Shown: positions 22,939-34,238, counted from the first letter of the whole stretch. The stretch is DNA of 60,310 bases, filler included, from Basidiobolus meristosporus CBS 931.73 (GCA_002104905.1; 4 parts of 4 records of this genome joined end to end with filler, not necessarily neighbours in it); one strand, 5' to 3'. Numbers and translations: made by a program. The notes: generated by a model from the letters alone, not told the origin.

Positions 22939-25900
22939 ATGAACTCTATGCCATTACCACTCTCACATGGAGCCCCACAGTTTGATGGAAAGAATGTGGA
23001 AAGCTTCATATTCAAATGGGAGAAGCTCTGCAAGATGTGCAGTCTATCTGAACAAGAAATGGCTGAAGACTTCCCCTACTACTGCACCGATGATATTACC
23101 ACTAAGCTTCTCAGACAAGGAGACATTCTCACTGACTGGGCCTTAATGAAGACCTACCTACAGACTGAGTATGGTAGACCCCAGATATACTATGGAATTG
23201 AAGATCTCAGGCACTTTGGAAGAACTGGACTTTCCAAGCTACCACTTGAAGAGTTCATTCAACAGTATGAAGATATGGCCAAGCCACTCCTAGAGTCCCA
23301 GGCTATAACTGAGTTTACCATGACACTTTACCTTGCACAAGGGCTTCCCCAGGACTTGGCAAGGAAAGTTGACTTACATGCTGCCAAGGATGACAAGTCT
23401 GGCATTCCTTGCTTTGCAGAGATGAAACGTGTTCTCCTAGAGGCAAAGCAAACTTCTACCTTTATGAGACTCCTGACATCTAATCTGCCAGACCAGTCAA
23501 CCAAGGAGCCAAGGAGTGCTGCTGCTGACAATCAGACCTACACTACCGACAGAATTGACCAACTTGCTGAACAGTTACAAAAGCTAGCCCTCAAGATTAA
23601 TGGCTCAGCTGAGGTTCCTACTGAGGGACAAAGACCTTTGCCCAGGCACTGCATCTGGTGTGACTCTACTCAGCATGCCAGACGAGAATGCTCAGAGCTT
23701 AGTCAGCTACTCAGAGAAGGAGTAGTACAGTTTGATGCTGATGGAATGCTTGCTGACAAGGAAGGAAGGAGGATTCCCACTAATTTCCAAAGAGGAGGGA
23801 TGAGAGCCCTTTTCCAGAAATCTGACTCAGCAACCAGAAAGATTACTGTTGATGCCCTTATTGGGACCCATAAAGTGAGTCCAAGCAGCTCTGACAACAG
23901 ACAATATGAAGTTGATGCCTTTGCTACCAAAAGACACCTCCCTGAAGAACCTGCCAAACCCATCCTTAGAAGACCACGATTTGAAGAACCTGAAGTTGTT
24001 ATTGACAAGAGGCCTAGTATGCTGCCCACCCAAGATCCATTGCCTCACTTTCAGATGACCTCAAAGATAACAAGCTACTCAAGCCCTCAACTGATTACTG
24101 AGAAGCTGCTGAAGCAGAACCTCACTTTGTCGGTTGGAGAAATCATGAGTGTATCCCCATCTGTTAGGAAGACCTTTGATGAGCAGCTTAGAACAAGACA
24201 ACAAGCTGTTGAACATATGGACACCCATATTATTCACACAAACCATGAAGACCACCAAAAAGATGACAACACTACTGAGTATAAGACCTTTTACTCAGTT
24301 GCAACTGCTGTGGTGAAAGGATATATATATGATGACCCTGTTGACTGCCATATTGACAGTGGCTCAGAGATTTGTGTTATGCCGCTAGACTTCTGGAAGA
24401 CACTTAGAAGCAAGGAGCTACTGCCTGTTGATAGAGATATTGGATGGAACATGACTGATGCAAACTCAGGATCTAGTCCACTCTACGGTGTAGTGCACAA
24501 GTTCCCTATTGAGGTACAAGGAATCAAGGTCTGGCTTCCCCTCTTCATCTGCCAGAAGGCAAACTTTGACCTTCTGCTAGGTAGACCATGGGAAACCAGT
24601 ACTAAGGCTACAACTACCAACTATTCCAATGGGTCAGTATGGTACACCATACAAGGATCCAATCCAGGACTACAGTCAACCTTCTGTGGTGTAACACCCA
24701 ACAATAAGAGGACACATACTGCTTGCCAGAAGACACATCTTGTTATGGAAGAAGATGAAGAGCCTGACAATATACACCCCAACATTTGGAGCTGCTCATT
24801 AGGTATACAGGAGCAAACAGCTATGGTTCAAACAAAATACAAGACAGTAGAACAGAAGATTAGACCATCACTTACACCTTTGACTGATGGATCCCAACCT
24901 GCTGATTACATTAGACCACCAGAAGAAACACCAGATGATACACGACTTACACCTGAGAGACTTAAGCAACTTATCATTGGTGATGGAAACCTTACACCAG
25001 AGGAGATACTATTATTTAAGGAGACCTTGAAAAGGCATGATAAGGTCTTCTCATATAATGACAAGGAGATGGGACTCTTAAAGACATCGGTTGAAAAACC
25101 CATCAAGATTCATACAGTGCCCCACACACCCTGGTCATTTAAGCCTTACCCACTGCCCAGAGGACTCCAAGCTGATGTGCATGACCTACTTAAGAAGAAG
25201 ATAGAAGCTGGTATCCTAGAACCTTGCCATGGGCCCTATGCTAACAGATGGTTTGTAACCAAAAAGAAGAATGGAAAGCTCCGATTCATTCAAGACATGC
25301 AACCTGCAAATGCTGTCACTATCAGAGATGCTGCTATACCTCCATCTATTGATGACTTTGCAGAAAGCTTTAGTGGCCACTCCATCTACTCAACATACGA
25401 TCTCTACTCAGGATATGACCAGATTCCCCTTGATGAGACATCAAGAGATATGTTTGCACTACAGACACCATTTGGACTATTAAGGATGACAAGACTCAGC
25501 CAAGGGGCTACAAACTCCGTGGCTCAGTTCCAGAGATGCATGGTGAATGTGCTATACCAGTTTATACCTGAGAAACTTGCTGTCTTTGTGGATGACATAG
25601 GCATCAAAGGATCAAAATTCCGGGACACCACTGAAGTTATGCCTGGAGTAAGAAAGTTTGTCTATGACCATATTGCAGACAATGATGCCATACTAGGAGC
25701 CATTGAAGAAGCTGGACTCACCATCAGTGGTGAGAAAAGCAGCTTTGGTGTATCAGAGATATCCATTGTTGGACAAAAATGCAACACCTTTGGTCGCTCA
25801 CCTGGAGACTCCAAGACACAAAAGATATGCAACTGGCCTACCCCCACAAATCTAACACAAGCTCGTGGCTTTGTGGCAGCTTGTGGGTTCTTTAGGATCT

Positions 25901-27792
25901 GGATCCCAAGATTTTCTGAGATAGCAGAACCAATCTACCGACTACAGAGAAAGAATACCCCATTTATCTGGGGAGAAGAGCAAGAAGAAGCCATGCAATT
26001 ACTGAAAGAGGCCTTAGTATCTCCACCAGTTCTAAGACCTCTTGACTATCAAAACACTGAATGCCCACCTATTTTGACAGTGGATGCAAGCCCCATAGGA
26101 GCTGGAGCACTACTTGGACAAGATGATGAAGATGGCAACCGCTATGCCTGCAGATATGAGAGCTGCCTATTCTCTCCTAGAGAACAAAGATACTCACAGA
26201 TTAAGAGAGAACTACTAGGAGTTGTGAAGATGCTGAGGAAACTGAAGTCACAACTCTACATGACACATTTTATCCTGGAGACAGATGCCAAGCCACTTAT
26301 AGGAATGATCAACAAGCCTGACCTACCTGATGATGCCACAAACCGATGGATGGCATGGCTGAAAATGTTTGACTTTGAGGTCAAACATATCCCTGGCAAG
26401 ACAAATGTTGTGGCTGATGCACTCTCCAGGAAGGGACCACAATTATTTGAAGACTTGGACCCTCACTTTGATGATATTATTGATGCAGAGATCCGACAGA
26501 TTGCCATCAAAGACCAAGAGAGAACTACCTGGAGTCTGATCAAGGAATATCTAAGGACACTTAAGAAACCTAGTTGGATGGATATTCAGGAGTTTAGAAA
26601 ACTCAGGAAGAAGGCACACCACTACTATCTTAAAGATGATCTTCTCTTTAAGCGAGTGAAGCCTGGACTTATGCCAAGAAGAGTAGTCACCACCCCTCAA
26701 GAGCAACTGAACATCATGACAAGTATCCACCAAGGAGAACCAGGAGGACATAGAGGACGAGAAGCCACATACAATACCACAGCTCAGAGGTACTACTGGG
26801 AAAACATGTACTATGATGTCCAGCACTTTGTTGAGTCATGTGTAGCCTGCCAGAAGAGATCCTCCAAGCGTTATGAAGAACCACTGCATCCTACTTACAC
26901 AATCTGTCTATGGCAAAAGGTTGGTATTGACCTTGTCCACATGCCAACAGCTGGATCAAAAAAGTACCTGATTGTTGCTAGAGATGACCTTAGTGGATGG
27001 GCAGAGGCTCGAGCCTTGCCCAACAACAAGAGCCATACCATATGGAGATTTATACTTGAAGACATCATCTGCAGATTTGGCTGCATCCGACAGTTTGTTG
27101 CTGACAGAGGAGAGATGACATCCCAAATGATCCAGGAGTTGTGCTCAAAGTACAAGATACACATAGCTTTCACAACAGCTTACCACCCTCAAGCCAATGG
27201 AATGATAGAGAGAGGACATGGACCATTGGTGAACTCTCTTGTCAAGGCCTGTGAGAATAACACAACACTGTGGCCACAGCAATTACATCTTGCACTGTGG
27301 GCAGATAGAATTACTACCAAGAGAACAACTGGATTATCGCCATTCAAGCTACTCTATGGACATGACTGCATACTACCAGTTGAGTTAAACACAGTCACTT
27401 GGAACTCATTGAATTGGAGATCCGATATGCAGACTGAAGACCTCCTTGCAACTCGCATACAGCAACTTGATCACCATGACTTGAATATTAGCAGAGCTGC
27501 TGAACAACTTAAGGACACACGACTAAAGAACAAGGTGCCCTTTGACAAATCACACCCAACAAGGCCAAAACCACTATCACTAGGAGACCCAGTATTACTC
27601 TATGATTCTACCTTGGACAAGCAATGGAGTCGGAAGTTTGACAACAAATGGACTGGCCCCTACCTCATTTCCAAAGTGATTGGAAATGGAAGTTATTACA
27701 TATCTGAGCTTGACAACACCCAGTTGAGAGCACCAGTTGCTGGAAATCGACTTAAGTTATTCAAGCATAGGAATTTTGCACATCAAGATTAG
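22939..27792 (+). CDS. Single-frame Gag-Pol polyprotein, 1617 aa, no chromodomain evident
   Basis: CIWCDSTQHARREC (CCHC); IDSGSEI protease; RT with DLYSGYDQ and FVDD; RNase H TVDAS; integrase HHCC, DD..E and GPY; Ty3 domain order PR-RT-RH-IN. Confidence 0.95.
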   Translation: MNSMPLPLSHGAPQFDGKNVESFIFKWEKLCKMCSLSEQEMAEDFPYYCTDDITTKLLRQGDILTDWALMKTYLQTEYGRPQIYYGIEDLRHFGRTGLSKLPLEEFIQQYEDMAKPLLESQAITEFTMTLYLAQGLPQDLARKVDLHAAKDDKSGIPCFAEMKRVLLEAKQTSTFMRLLTSNLPDQSTKEPRSAAADNQTYTTDRIDQLAEQLQKLALKINGSAEVPTEGQRPLPRHCIWCDSTQHARRECSELSQLLREGVVQFDADGMLADKEGRRIPTNFQRGGMRALFQKSDSATRKITVDALIGTHKVSPSSSDNRQYEVDAFATKRHLPEEPAKPILRRPRFEEPEVVIDKRPSMLPTQDPLPHFQMTSKITSYSSPQLITEKLLKQNLTLSVGEIMSVSPSVRKTFDEQLRTRQQAVEHMDTHIIHTNHEDHQKDDNTTEYKTFYSVATAVVKGYIYDDPVDCHIDSGSEICVMPLDFWKTLRSKELLPVDRDIGWNMTDANSGSSPLYGVVHKFPIEVQGIKVWLPLFICQKANFDLLLGRPWETSTKATTTNYSNGSVWYTIQGSNPGLQSTFCGVTPNNKRTHTACQKTHLVMEEDEEPDNIHPNIWSCSLGIQEQTAMVQTKYKTVEQKIRPSLTPLTDGSQPADYIRPPEETPDDTRLTPERLKQLIIGDGNLTPEEILLFKETLKRHDKVFSYNDKEMGLLKTSVEKPIKIHTVPHTPWSFKPYPLPRGLQADVHDLLKKKIEAGILEPCHGPYANRWFVTKKKNGKLRFIQDMQPANAVTIRDAAIPPSIDDFAESFSGHSIYSTYDLYSGYDQIPLDETSRDMFALQTPFGLLRMTRLSQGATNSVAQFQRCMVNVLYQFIPEKLAVFVDDIGIKGSKFRDTTEVMPGVRKFVYDHIADNDAILGAIEEAGLTISGEKSSFGVSEISIVGQKCNTFGRSPGDSKTQKICNWPTPTNLTQARGFVAACGFFRIWIPRFSEIAEPIYRLQRKNTPFIWGEEQEEAMQLLKEALVSPPVLRPLDYQNTECPPILTVDASPIGAGALLGQDDEDGNRYACRYESCLFSPREQRYSQIKRELLGVVKMLRKLKSQLYMTHFILETDAKPLIGMINKPDLPDDATNRWMAWLKMFDFEVKHIPGKTNVVADALSRKGPQLFEDLDPHFDDIIDAEIRQIAIKDQERTTWSLIKEYLRTLKKPSWMDIQEFRKLRKKAHHYYLKDDLLFKRVKPGLMPRRVVTTPQEQLNIMTSIHQGEPGGHRGREATYNTTAQRYYWENMYYDVQHFVESCVACQKRSSKRYEEPLHPTYTICLWQKVGIDLVHMPTAGSKKYLIVARDDLSGWAEARALPNNKSHTIWRFILEDIICRFGCIRQFVADRGEMTSQMIQELCSKYKIHIAFTTAYHPQANGMIERGHGPLVNSLVKACENNTTLWPQQLHLALWADRITTKRTTGLSPFKLLYGHDCILPVELNTVTWNSLNWRSDMQTEDLLATRIQQLDHHDLNISRAAEQLKDTRLKNKVPFDKSHPTRPKPLSLGDPVLLYDSTLDKQWSRKFDNKWTGPYLISKVIGNGSYYISELDNTQLRAPVAGNRLKLFKHRNFAHQD

Positions 27793-27911
27793 TTTGCTTT
27801 GACCCAAGTTCAAAGCTGAGAGGGGGGTGGATGTAGTGGGGTGACAGTGACACCCACTGACAGATGTGCTCATTCCCTTATTTTCTACTTCCCTATATCC
27901 CTACTACACTC

Positions 27912-28011
27912 NNNNNNNNNNNNNNNNNNNNNNNNNNNNNNNNNNNNNNNNNNNNTTAATTAATTAANNNNNNNNNNNNNNNNNNNNNNNNNNNNNNNNN
28001 NNNNNNNNNNN
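27912..28011. other. Artificial contig spacer (N44-TTAATTAATTAA-N44)
   Basis: Exactly 100 nt, identical at three places; six-frame stop linker. Confidence 0.97.
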
Positions 28012-28932
28012 GAGGAGTACACTAAATCTGAGGAACCTGCTCCAAGAGAAGATTCCAGGGAGAGAGGCAGGGAAAGATCTCCCGAAAGATCTAGAAGCCG
28101 TCGTAGCGGATCTAGAGACAGACGCGATAGATATCGTAGCGGATCCAGAGATCGTTCTGAGGATAGATCTCGTGACAGACGTCGGGATCGTTCAAATGAA
28201 AGATATCGGGATTATCGTGATTCACGTAACGGACGTCACAGTCGTCGCCGTTACTCAAGGTTCATTGACTGTTTTTCCTATTTTCTCGAGTGCATCACTA
28301 ATCTTCGTACAGATCTCGCAGCCCTCCCAGACGCAAGCAACGCAGCCGTTCCCCCGCCCGCAGAAAGGTAAGGAATATTCGGATGGGGCTACCTGCTCCC
28401 AACCCTAAGAGTGTCTAATCCCTTGCTTGTAGGGTACCCCTCCCCCTAGCAAAGTACTGGGTGTCTTTGGTTTAAGCTTACGTACCCGCGAAAGAGACCT
28501 CGAAGAGCTCTTTGATGAATTTGGTAAACATGAGAGAGTAACAATTGTATATGATCATCGCGTAAGTATCATTGCGTAGGCGGGATTTTCGCTTGGCCAT
28601 GCTGACCGCCTCACTATAGACTGACCGCTCTCGTGGATTCGGCTTCGTTTACTTCGAGCATGAGGAGGATGCAGCCAGAGCCAAAGAGAAGACTAACGGA
28701 TTGGTAAGCGCGTCACTCACGGATTGAATTCAGCACCGGCAACTAAGGCATGCGGGATTTGCAGGAACTCCACGGAAGACGTATCCGCGTCGACTTCTCC
28801 ATGACACAGAGACCTCACTCGCCAACCCCTGGGCAGTACATGGGAAGAAAGACCGAGCGCACCAGCCGCCGTCGCAGTCGATCCAAATCATGGTCCAGAT
28901 CCAGATCCAGAGGAAGAAGCTACTCTCGCTAA
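28012..28932 (+). CDS. tra2: Transformer-2-like splicing factor (RS-RRM-RS), 5'-partial; exons <28012-28259, 28313-28367, 28433-28561, 28620-28703, 28765-28932
   Basis: Spliced translation gives an RS/RD-rich N-terminus, [55 protein letters not shown] and an RS tail; four GT-AG introns of 53, 65, 58 and 61 nt with CTAA/CTGA branch motifs keep the frame. Confidence 0.92.
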
Positions 28933-29201
28933 CCACTGTTCCACCATTTTTTCATGTTTTCCGTCGTACGAGTTACTTTCTATGTTTGAACAATTTGCAA
29001 CTACGACCTTTTGCTGTTTGAAAGATTTATTCAAGAATATCAAGAGGATATTGGTACTATCTTGAGACGGTACCCCAAGGTATTGCTGGTATTATGGCTG
29101 AGAAGTAAATAATTTATTAGATCAAATATGTCAGTTCTTTTTCGCTTGATCTCGAGTCCAAGCAGCAAGTACATTCAACATGTTGTGTGCGCATCGGTCA
29201 C

Positions 29202-29346
29202 TTTGTGAGTGAGGAATGAAGGATATCAAGGTCTAGTCAACTAAGCGCATCATTCAGTTTGTGAGTGAAGAATGAAGGATATCAAGGCCTAGTCAACTAA
29301 GCGTATCATTCAGTTTGTGAGTGAAGAATGAAGGATATCAAGACCT
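29202..29346. repeat. 56-bp tandem repeat, ~2.6 copies
   Basis: Units start at 29202, 29258 and 29314 (tttgtgagtgaagaatgaaggatatcaagg..). Confidence 0.92.
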
Positions 29347-29959
29347 ATCAATCAACTATCCCAGGTAAAGTGCTGTATTCGTGATTGTGATTCGCTTCAA
29401 TAAATCCCCCTTTCACGCACATCCCGTGGTGGGTGCAAGATGCAAGGCATCGTGTGCGGTTGATGGTCTGGTCGGCTAACTGGCTAGGATGCACCCAAAG
29501 TTGTATTTGGTGGCAATGGCGGTTTGCCATATATGATTTATGATTCTTGCAAATCGACTCTGATTCGACTGTTGCCAATAGTGGGGCACTGGTTGGCGGA
29601 TGTTAATTTGGCAATAATGTTTTAGAGAAGCGCGACACAACTGGCCAATTTTGTGATGCTGCTTACTACCAGTAAGTGTTGACCATGTCAATCAATCAGC
29701 TCGCAAATTCCTATTCCTTCAAGTTCATTTCCCATCTGTTACTACTTTCTGAAGTGCTCTTTGGTTCCTGCCCTGAATGCATAATATCACTCCTAGTTGC
29801 GCATATGCTTTTATCAGGGTTAATCAAGTGCCTTTACTCTAGCTTCTTGAATTGCAGTGGAATTGGGGAACTAAGTGCTGGTATATTACTACACTAATAG
29901 TGGTTGCTGTGAGTAACTAGTTGACCACCTAATTATCTATGTATTACTATTTCCCATGG

Positions 29960-30330
29960 GGTGTATATAGCTCATACAAGTTGACTAATTAACTAATGGA
30001 AAGCAGGGCTTCTATCTCATTGTAGACAAATATGATCAACTTGTTATATAGCAGAAGCTTTCTTAACCATAGCCCAGTATATCTTTCATCACAGGCAGCC
30101 ATTTATTTTGCTTCAGCACTAGACTGTAGTAGTGTTGGCAGTTTTAAATTTCCCTCAGATGGCTCCTTTAGATCATGGCATTGTATACTCTGTAATGGAA
30201 AGTTCTATAATTGTCAGTTTTCTTGAACTTTAGGAAACCTATCACAGGTAAGTCCTTCCAATAGTGGACCTTATATGCTCTAAATTATGCCCAAAATCTA
30301 TATCAGTGTTACTGCAAGATTCTGAGGTAC
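29960..30330 (-). pseudogene. Highly degenerate copia RNase H remnant
   Basis: Minus strand reads DIDFGHNLEHIRSTIG and SSAEAK*MAA..LWLRKLL; boundaries approximate. Confidence 0.6.
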
Positions 30331-30454
30331 ACTAGATGTGATTTGGAGGACTAGAGGGGCTGTTTACTACTCTCCTGTTGGTTTACCAAGTAATAAGTGC
30401 AGTGTTTCTACTCTTAGTAGGACTTTGTAAGACTGATGGTACAGATGTTTCAGG

Positions 30455-30786
30455 TGTTGTAAGAGTCTTGGAGATATTGGAAGTGATTGGGAGTACAAGT
30501 AGATTATGTGGTTTTCACTGAATGATTTATTGAATGTAAAAGTAGTATTTATACTTTTACATGATCTTGGCATAACAAACATGTAGAATAGGTTAAGGAA
30601 GGTCCCAAGAACATGTGTGCAAAGTTTGGGGCTGTTTGGACAACCTTGAGAATTTTCATGTTCTGGGTAAACATTCTAGGTAAATCCCAACAAGGAATTT
30701 GGTCAGTATTCTCTAGGATATGAAGGTAATGATCTAAGTGACCAAGTTAGGTGAATATTTAGGTGGAAATACAAATTTTTACAACA
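30455..30786 (-). repeat. Copia family A solo LTR
   Basis: 332 bp, TG..CA, 5-bp TSD TCAGG. Confidence 0.92.
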
Positions 30787-30889
30787 TCAGGAACTGTCCC
30801 ACAAAGTGGTGTATAAAGTTAAGGAGGCTTTGGTTGAGAGTTAAGCTATAAATTGCTACTATGTTGTCTTGGGGAGGTTAATTCTCTGC

Positions 30890-31257
30890 AGAGTAACAGT
30901 GTGTGGAGGTATTCTAAGTAAACACTAACAAGGAATCAGGTTAGGATTCTCTGAGATTTGCAGGTAATAATTGAAGTGAATATGATATGTTATATTTAGG
31001 TGCAATTACAAAATTCACAACACTCCCACTAAACTAAGTGCTCATATCAACTAGTTCCAATTGATATCTAAGATATTCAAGTTTATCTTTGGCTAATGGT
31101 TTGGTAAGTGTATTTGCAACAATTTGATATGTGGAACTGTAAGCTGGGTTAGCTAAGTTATTCACTATAGCTTCCCATATAAAATGATATCTAATATCAA
31201 TGTGCTTAGTTCCAGAATGAAAAGCCATATTTCTACCTGATTGTATATATCCTTGAT
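30890..31257 (-). pseudogene. Diverged copia A-like RNase H end, PPT and partial 3' LTR
   Basis: ORF 31034-31228 (FHSGTKHIDIRYHFI..TKPLAKDK); caacactcccact junction; LTR-like sequence to the left. Confidence 0.7.
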
Positions 31258-33042
31258 CCCTCTGATAAAGATTTTGTGATAGTCCAGTTGATAGGCCAAC
31301 ACAAAATTTAAATCCTGCAACAAAGAGGTATTGATACCATTATGACACTGTGCAAAAATCATTGGAAAAAAAATTGCACCTTAAATTCACAAAAAACTTG
31401 GTCAAAAATATTCATCACAACAATCCCTAAGTTGCATTTGATTGGTTCTCTGCCATTTCTCTCACTTTCTGATCCCAGACATGCAATCATCTTCTATGTT
31501 TACATGCATTGATTGTCTATTGCCTCTTTTTCACACCTCTTACTTCCAGACTCAACCAGTGCTCTTTCTTTCCCTATAAAAAATAATTGTGGTGATCCTG
31601 TTAAAAAGCCACCACAGATCTTTAATCCTGTGACTAAGTGGTATTGATGCCATTAGGACACCATGCAAAAATTGTTGGAAAAAAATTGCACTTCAGATTT
31701 ACAAAAACTTGGTAAAAACTTTCATCATAAAAATCCTCAAGTTGCTTTTGATTGGATCTCTATAATTTCTCTCACTTTCTGATTGCAAACACTGAATTTT
31801 CTCCTATGCTTGAATATATTGATTGGCAATGGACTCTTTTTCACACTATTTACTTCCTGAGTCAACCAATGCTCTTACTTTCCATGCATACAAATTGGTT
31901 AGTTTTTGTTGAATCTTCAGCTGTAACTCAATTGTGGATTGTATGACCTATACAGGTCTCTATATCCAACACAAAAATTGAGCCCAACCTTGCACTCAGC
32001 AAGTAACTCCATTGGAATCCACCATCCAATAGGTGCTTCTGCTGTAAAGTCCTTATTCCATGGCTTCAGTAGGAACCCTATGGCTTTATGCCATTGTTCA
32101 TTCACTGGTTCCCATACATCCTGGTCTTCAGCCAGCGCTGCAAGGTCTAGCACCTCATATGCCAGTTGTTCCAATAAATCCTTGCAATATTCAAATGCAT
32201 TTTCTTGAGCAGTGCTCTTGAAGAAGTGCTGCAACCTCTTGGTGCACCTATTGATGTTCAAAAGCTCCATTGTAGGCATTGTGATAGCCTTTTGAGTTCC
32301 TGACTTTGTTGCTTTGTGTGTCAGTAGGATCCCCACTCTGTCTACAATGGAGGATGAGGAGGCTGTGTTAGACAAATTGCCTTCCTCTGTAAGCTCATCA
32401 ACCTTACTGGAGTGTAGCTCAACAAGCTGCACTTCCAACACTTGTGAAAACTGCTGTTGTCTTGTTGGTAATTCTTCTTGATTGTTATAGGACTCAGCCT
32501 GTTCTGGGCTTATGGCCTTAATTGGTGAGAACTGCAGCTTCTTTCTAAAATTTTTGTGTCTCTGGCCAAGGTAAAGGGCATTTTAGCAGAAATGTTTATT
32601 GAGAGGTGGATTTTAATGGGGCTGTGTGTTGGGTATAATGTTAGTGTAAGGTAGAGGGAATTGTACAGGTCTGTGCAATTGACAATTGAGTTAATACTGA
32701 AGATTGAACAAAAATAAACCAACTTGTGAGCATGAGATGTAGGAGTATTGGTTGAGTTAGGAAGAAAGGAGTGTGAAAAAGAGACAATAGCCAATCAATC
32801 TACACAAACTAAGGAGGTGGTTGAGTGTCTGGGATCAGAGAGTGAGAGAATTGCTGAGAACCAATCAAGAGCCACTTATTTATACTTATGGTGAAAAATT
32901 TTGACAAAGATTTTGTGAAATCTGAGGTACAATTTTTTAACAGTCGTTGCATGATATTTGCAGGGCATCAATACCTTTTGCCACAGGTTTTAAGCTCTGT
33001 AGTGGCCTTTTGATGGGAGCATCACAATTATATTTGATAGGG
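31258..33042. mobile_element. Cluster of three CACTA-X-like left ends with ORF2 C-terminal remnants, the third inverted
   Basis: 31258-31570 and 31572-32545 resemble 2970-3760 plus 8449-8630; ~32575-33042 is an inverted copy; ORF 31917-32441 matches 3454-3672 and 8409-8639. Confidence 0.65.
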
Positions 33043-33287
33043 TGACTATAATGCCTAGGCAGATGAGAGCATATGTGACACAGTGCCTATGGTGGAAGAC
33101 CAGTAAGTGACCATCAAAATATCTCCACTGCCAGTATTGGCAAATATATTTTCAGGTTGTTGTATTCAAGAGAAAAGTGTAATAAAACTCCTGAATGGTT
33201 TAACTGAACCTAAGTGACAACCAAGTGCAGAATCTCAGAATTGTCAGAGAGTGGTGGAAATAGTAGCAGAGAGGTTCTGGCCTAATG

Positions 33288-33636
33288 TGTTGTAAAAATT
33301 TGTATTTCCACCTAAATATTCACCTAACTTAGTTGCTTAGATCATCACCTTCAAATCCTAGAGAATACTGACCAAATTCCTTGTTAGGATTTACTTAGAA
33401 TATTCTCACCAAAATACCAGGTACCCAGAACATGAAAATTCTCAAAGTTGTCCAAACAGCCCCAAACTTTGCACACATGTTCTTGGGACCTTCCTTAACC
33501 TATCCTACGTGTTTGTAATGCCAAGACCAGGTAAAAGTACAAATACTACTTTTACATTCAATAAATCATTAAGTGAAAACCACATAATCTACTTGTTCTC
33601 CCAATCACTTCCAATATCTCCAAGACTCTTACAACA
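33288..33636 (+). repeat. Copia family A solo LTR
   Basis: 349 bp, TG..CA, 5-bp TSD TAATG. Confidence 0.93.
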
Positions 33637-34238
33637 TAATGTTGGTCTTGTATATAGCTAGGTTTGGCTATAAAGGCAGCAGAATTGGTTTGCTATGGAG
33701 GCTAGGCTTGGTGTTCTTGGGGGTGCTATATATGATAGGTTTGGGTAGAAACTAGAATGTGATAGTTGAGTTCTTAACTTGGCTGAGACACAATCTTAGC
33801 CTTGTTGAGCCCCGCACTAAACAAAAAGTTTCAGTAATCTATATTTATACTTTTTTGATCAAGTTTAATTAGTAAGCATCAAGAGACTGGACTAATTGAA
33901 ATCAGTTTGGGTGTTGATAGGTGCATAAGATAAATGAAAATTGCATTATCAGTCAGCTGATGTCTTGGCTACTGCTAAGCTGTTGGATAAATTGCAGATG
34001 ACTAATCACCTGGGAAGGCTTGGCAGAAAAGTCAATGACACAATGACCACATAAAAATTGACATGGTGTGACAGCTAAAAATAGATTCTTATGGTGATAA
34101 AAGAAACTACAACTGGGATTAGTTATGTTTGGGTTGGGGAAAATCAGTTAGGGTACTTGATTTCCTAATAGAGTTAAATTGGCTAAGTTTTAAATGTTGA
34201 TGCACAACACAGGTCATCCAAAAGCATTAACAAGGCAA

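Larger units (their letters stand above)
21727..27911 (+). mobile_element. Ty3/gypsy family B element B1; 3' LTR cut by contig end
   Basis: 5' LTR 21727-22798 (1072 bp); PBS 22803-22819; PPT gagaggggggtgga 27818-27831; 3' LTR starts at 27832. Confidence 0.95.

Noticed and set aside
27600-27832. env-like gene or chromodomain in Ty3 B
   Set aside because: ORF ends shortly after the GPY motif and the PPT follows within ~30 nt
1-27911. Classical CpA-directed RIP
   Set aside because: The copy-to-copy differences I inspected are mostly at CpG, with few CpA cases; not formally quantified
27956-27967. TTAATTAATTAA palindrome repeated three times
   Set aside because: Always centred in exactly 88 Ns; an artificial six-frame-stop contig linker
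27832-28020. Ty3 LTR acting as promoter of tra2
   Set aside because: Separated by an artificial spacer; adjacency is not established
29202-29346. CRISPR-like array
   Set aside because: Units are contiguous with no unique spacers; eukaryotic context, no cas genes
33640-34230. Possible gene or element in unassigned CG-poor sequence (also 33050-33287, 48910-49190)
   Set aside because: No ORF, termini or homology I can support; probably old repeat debris
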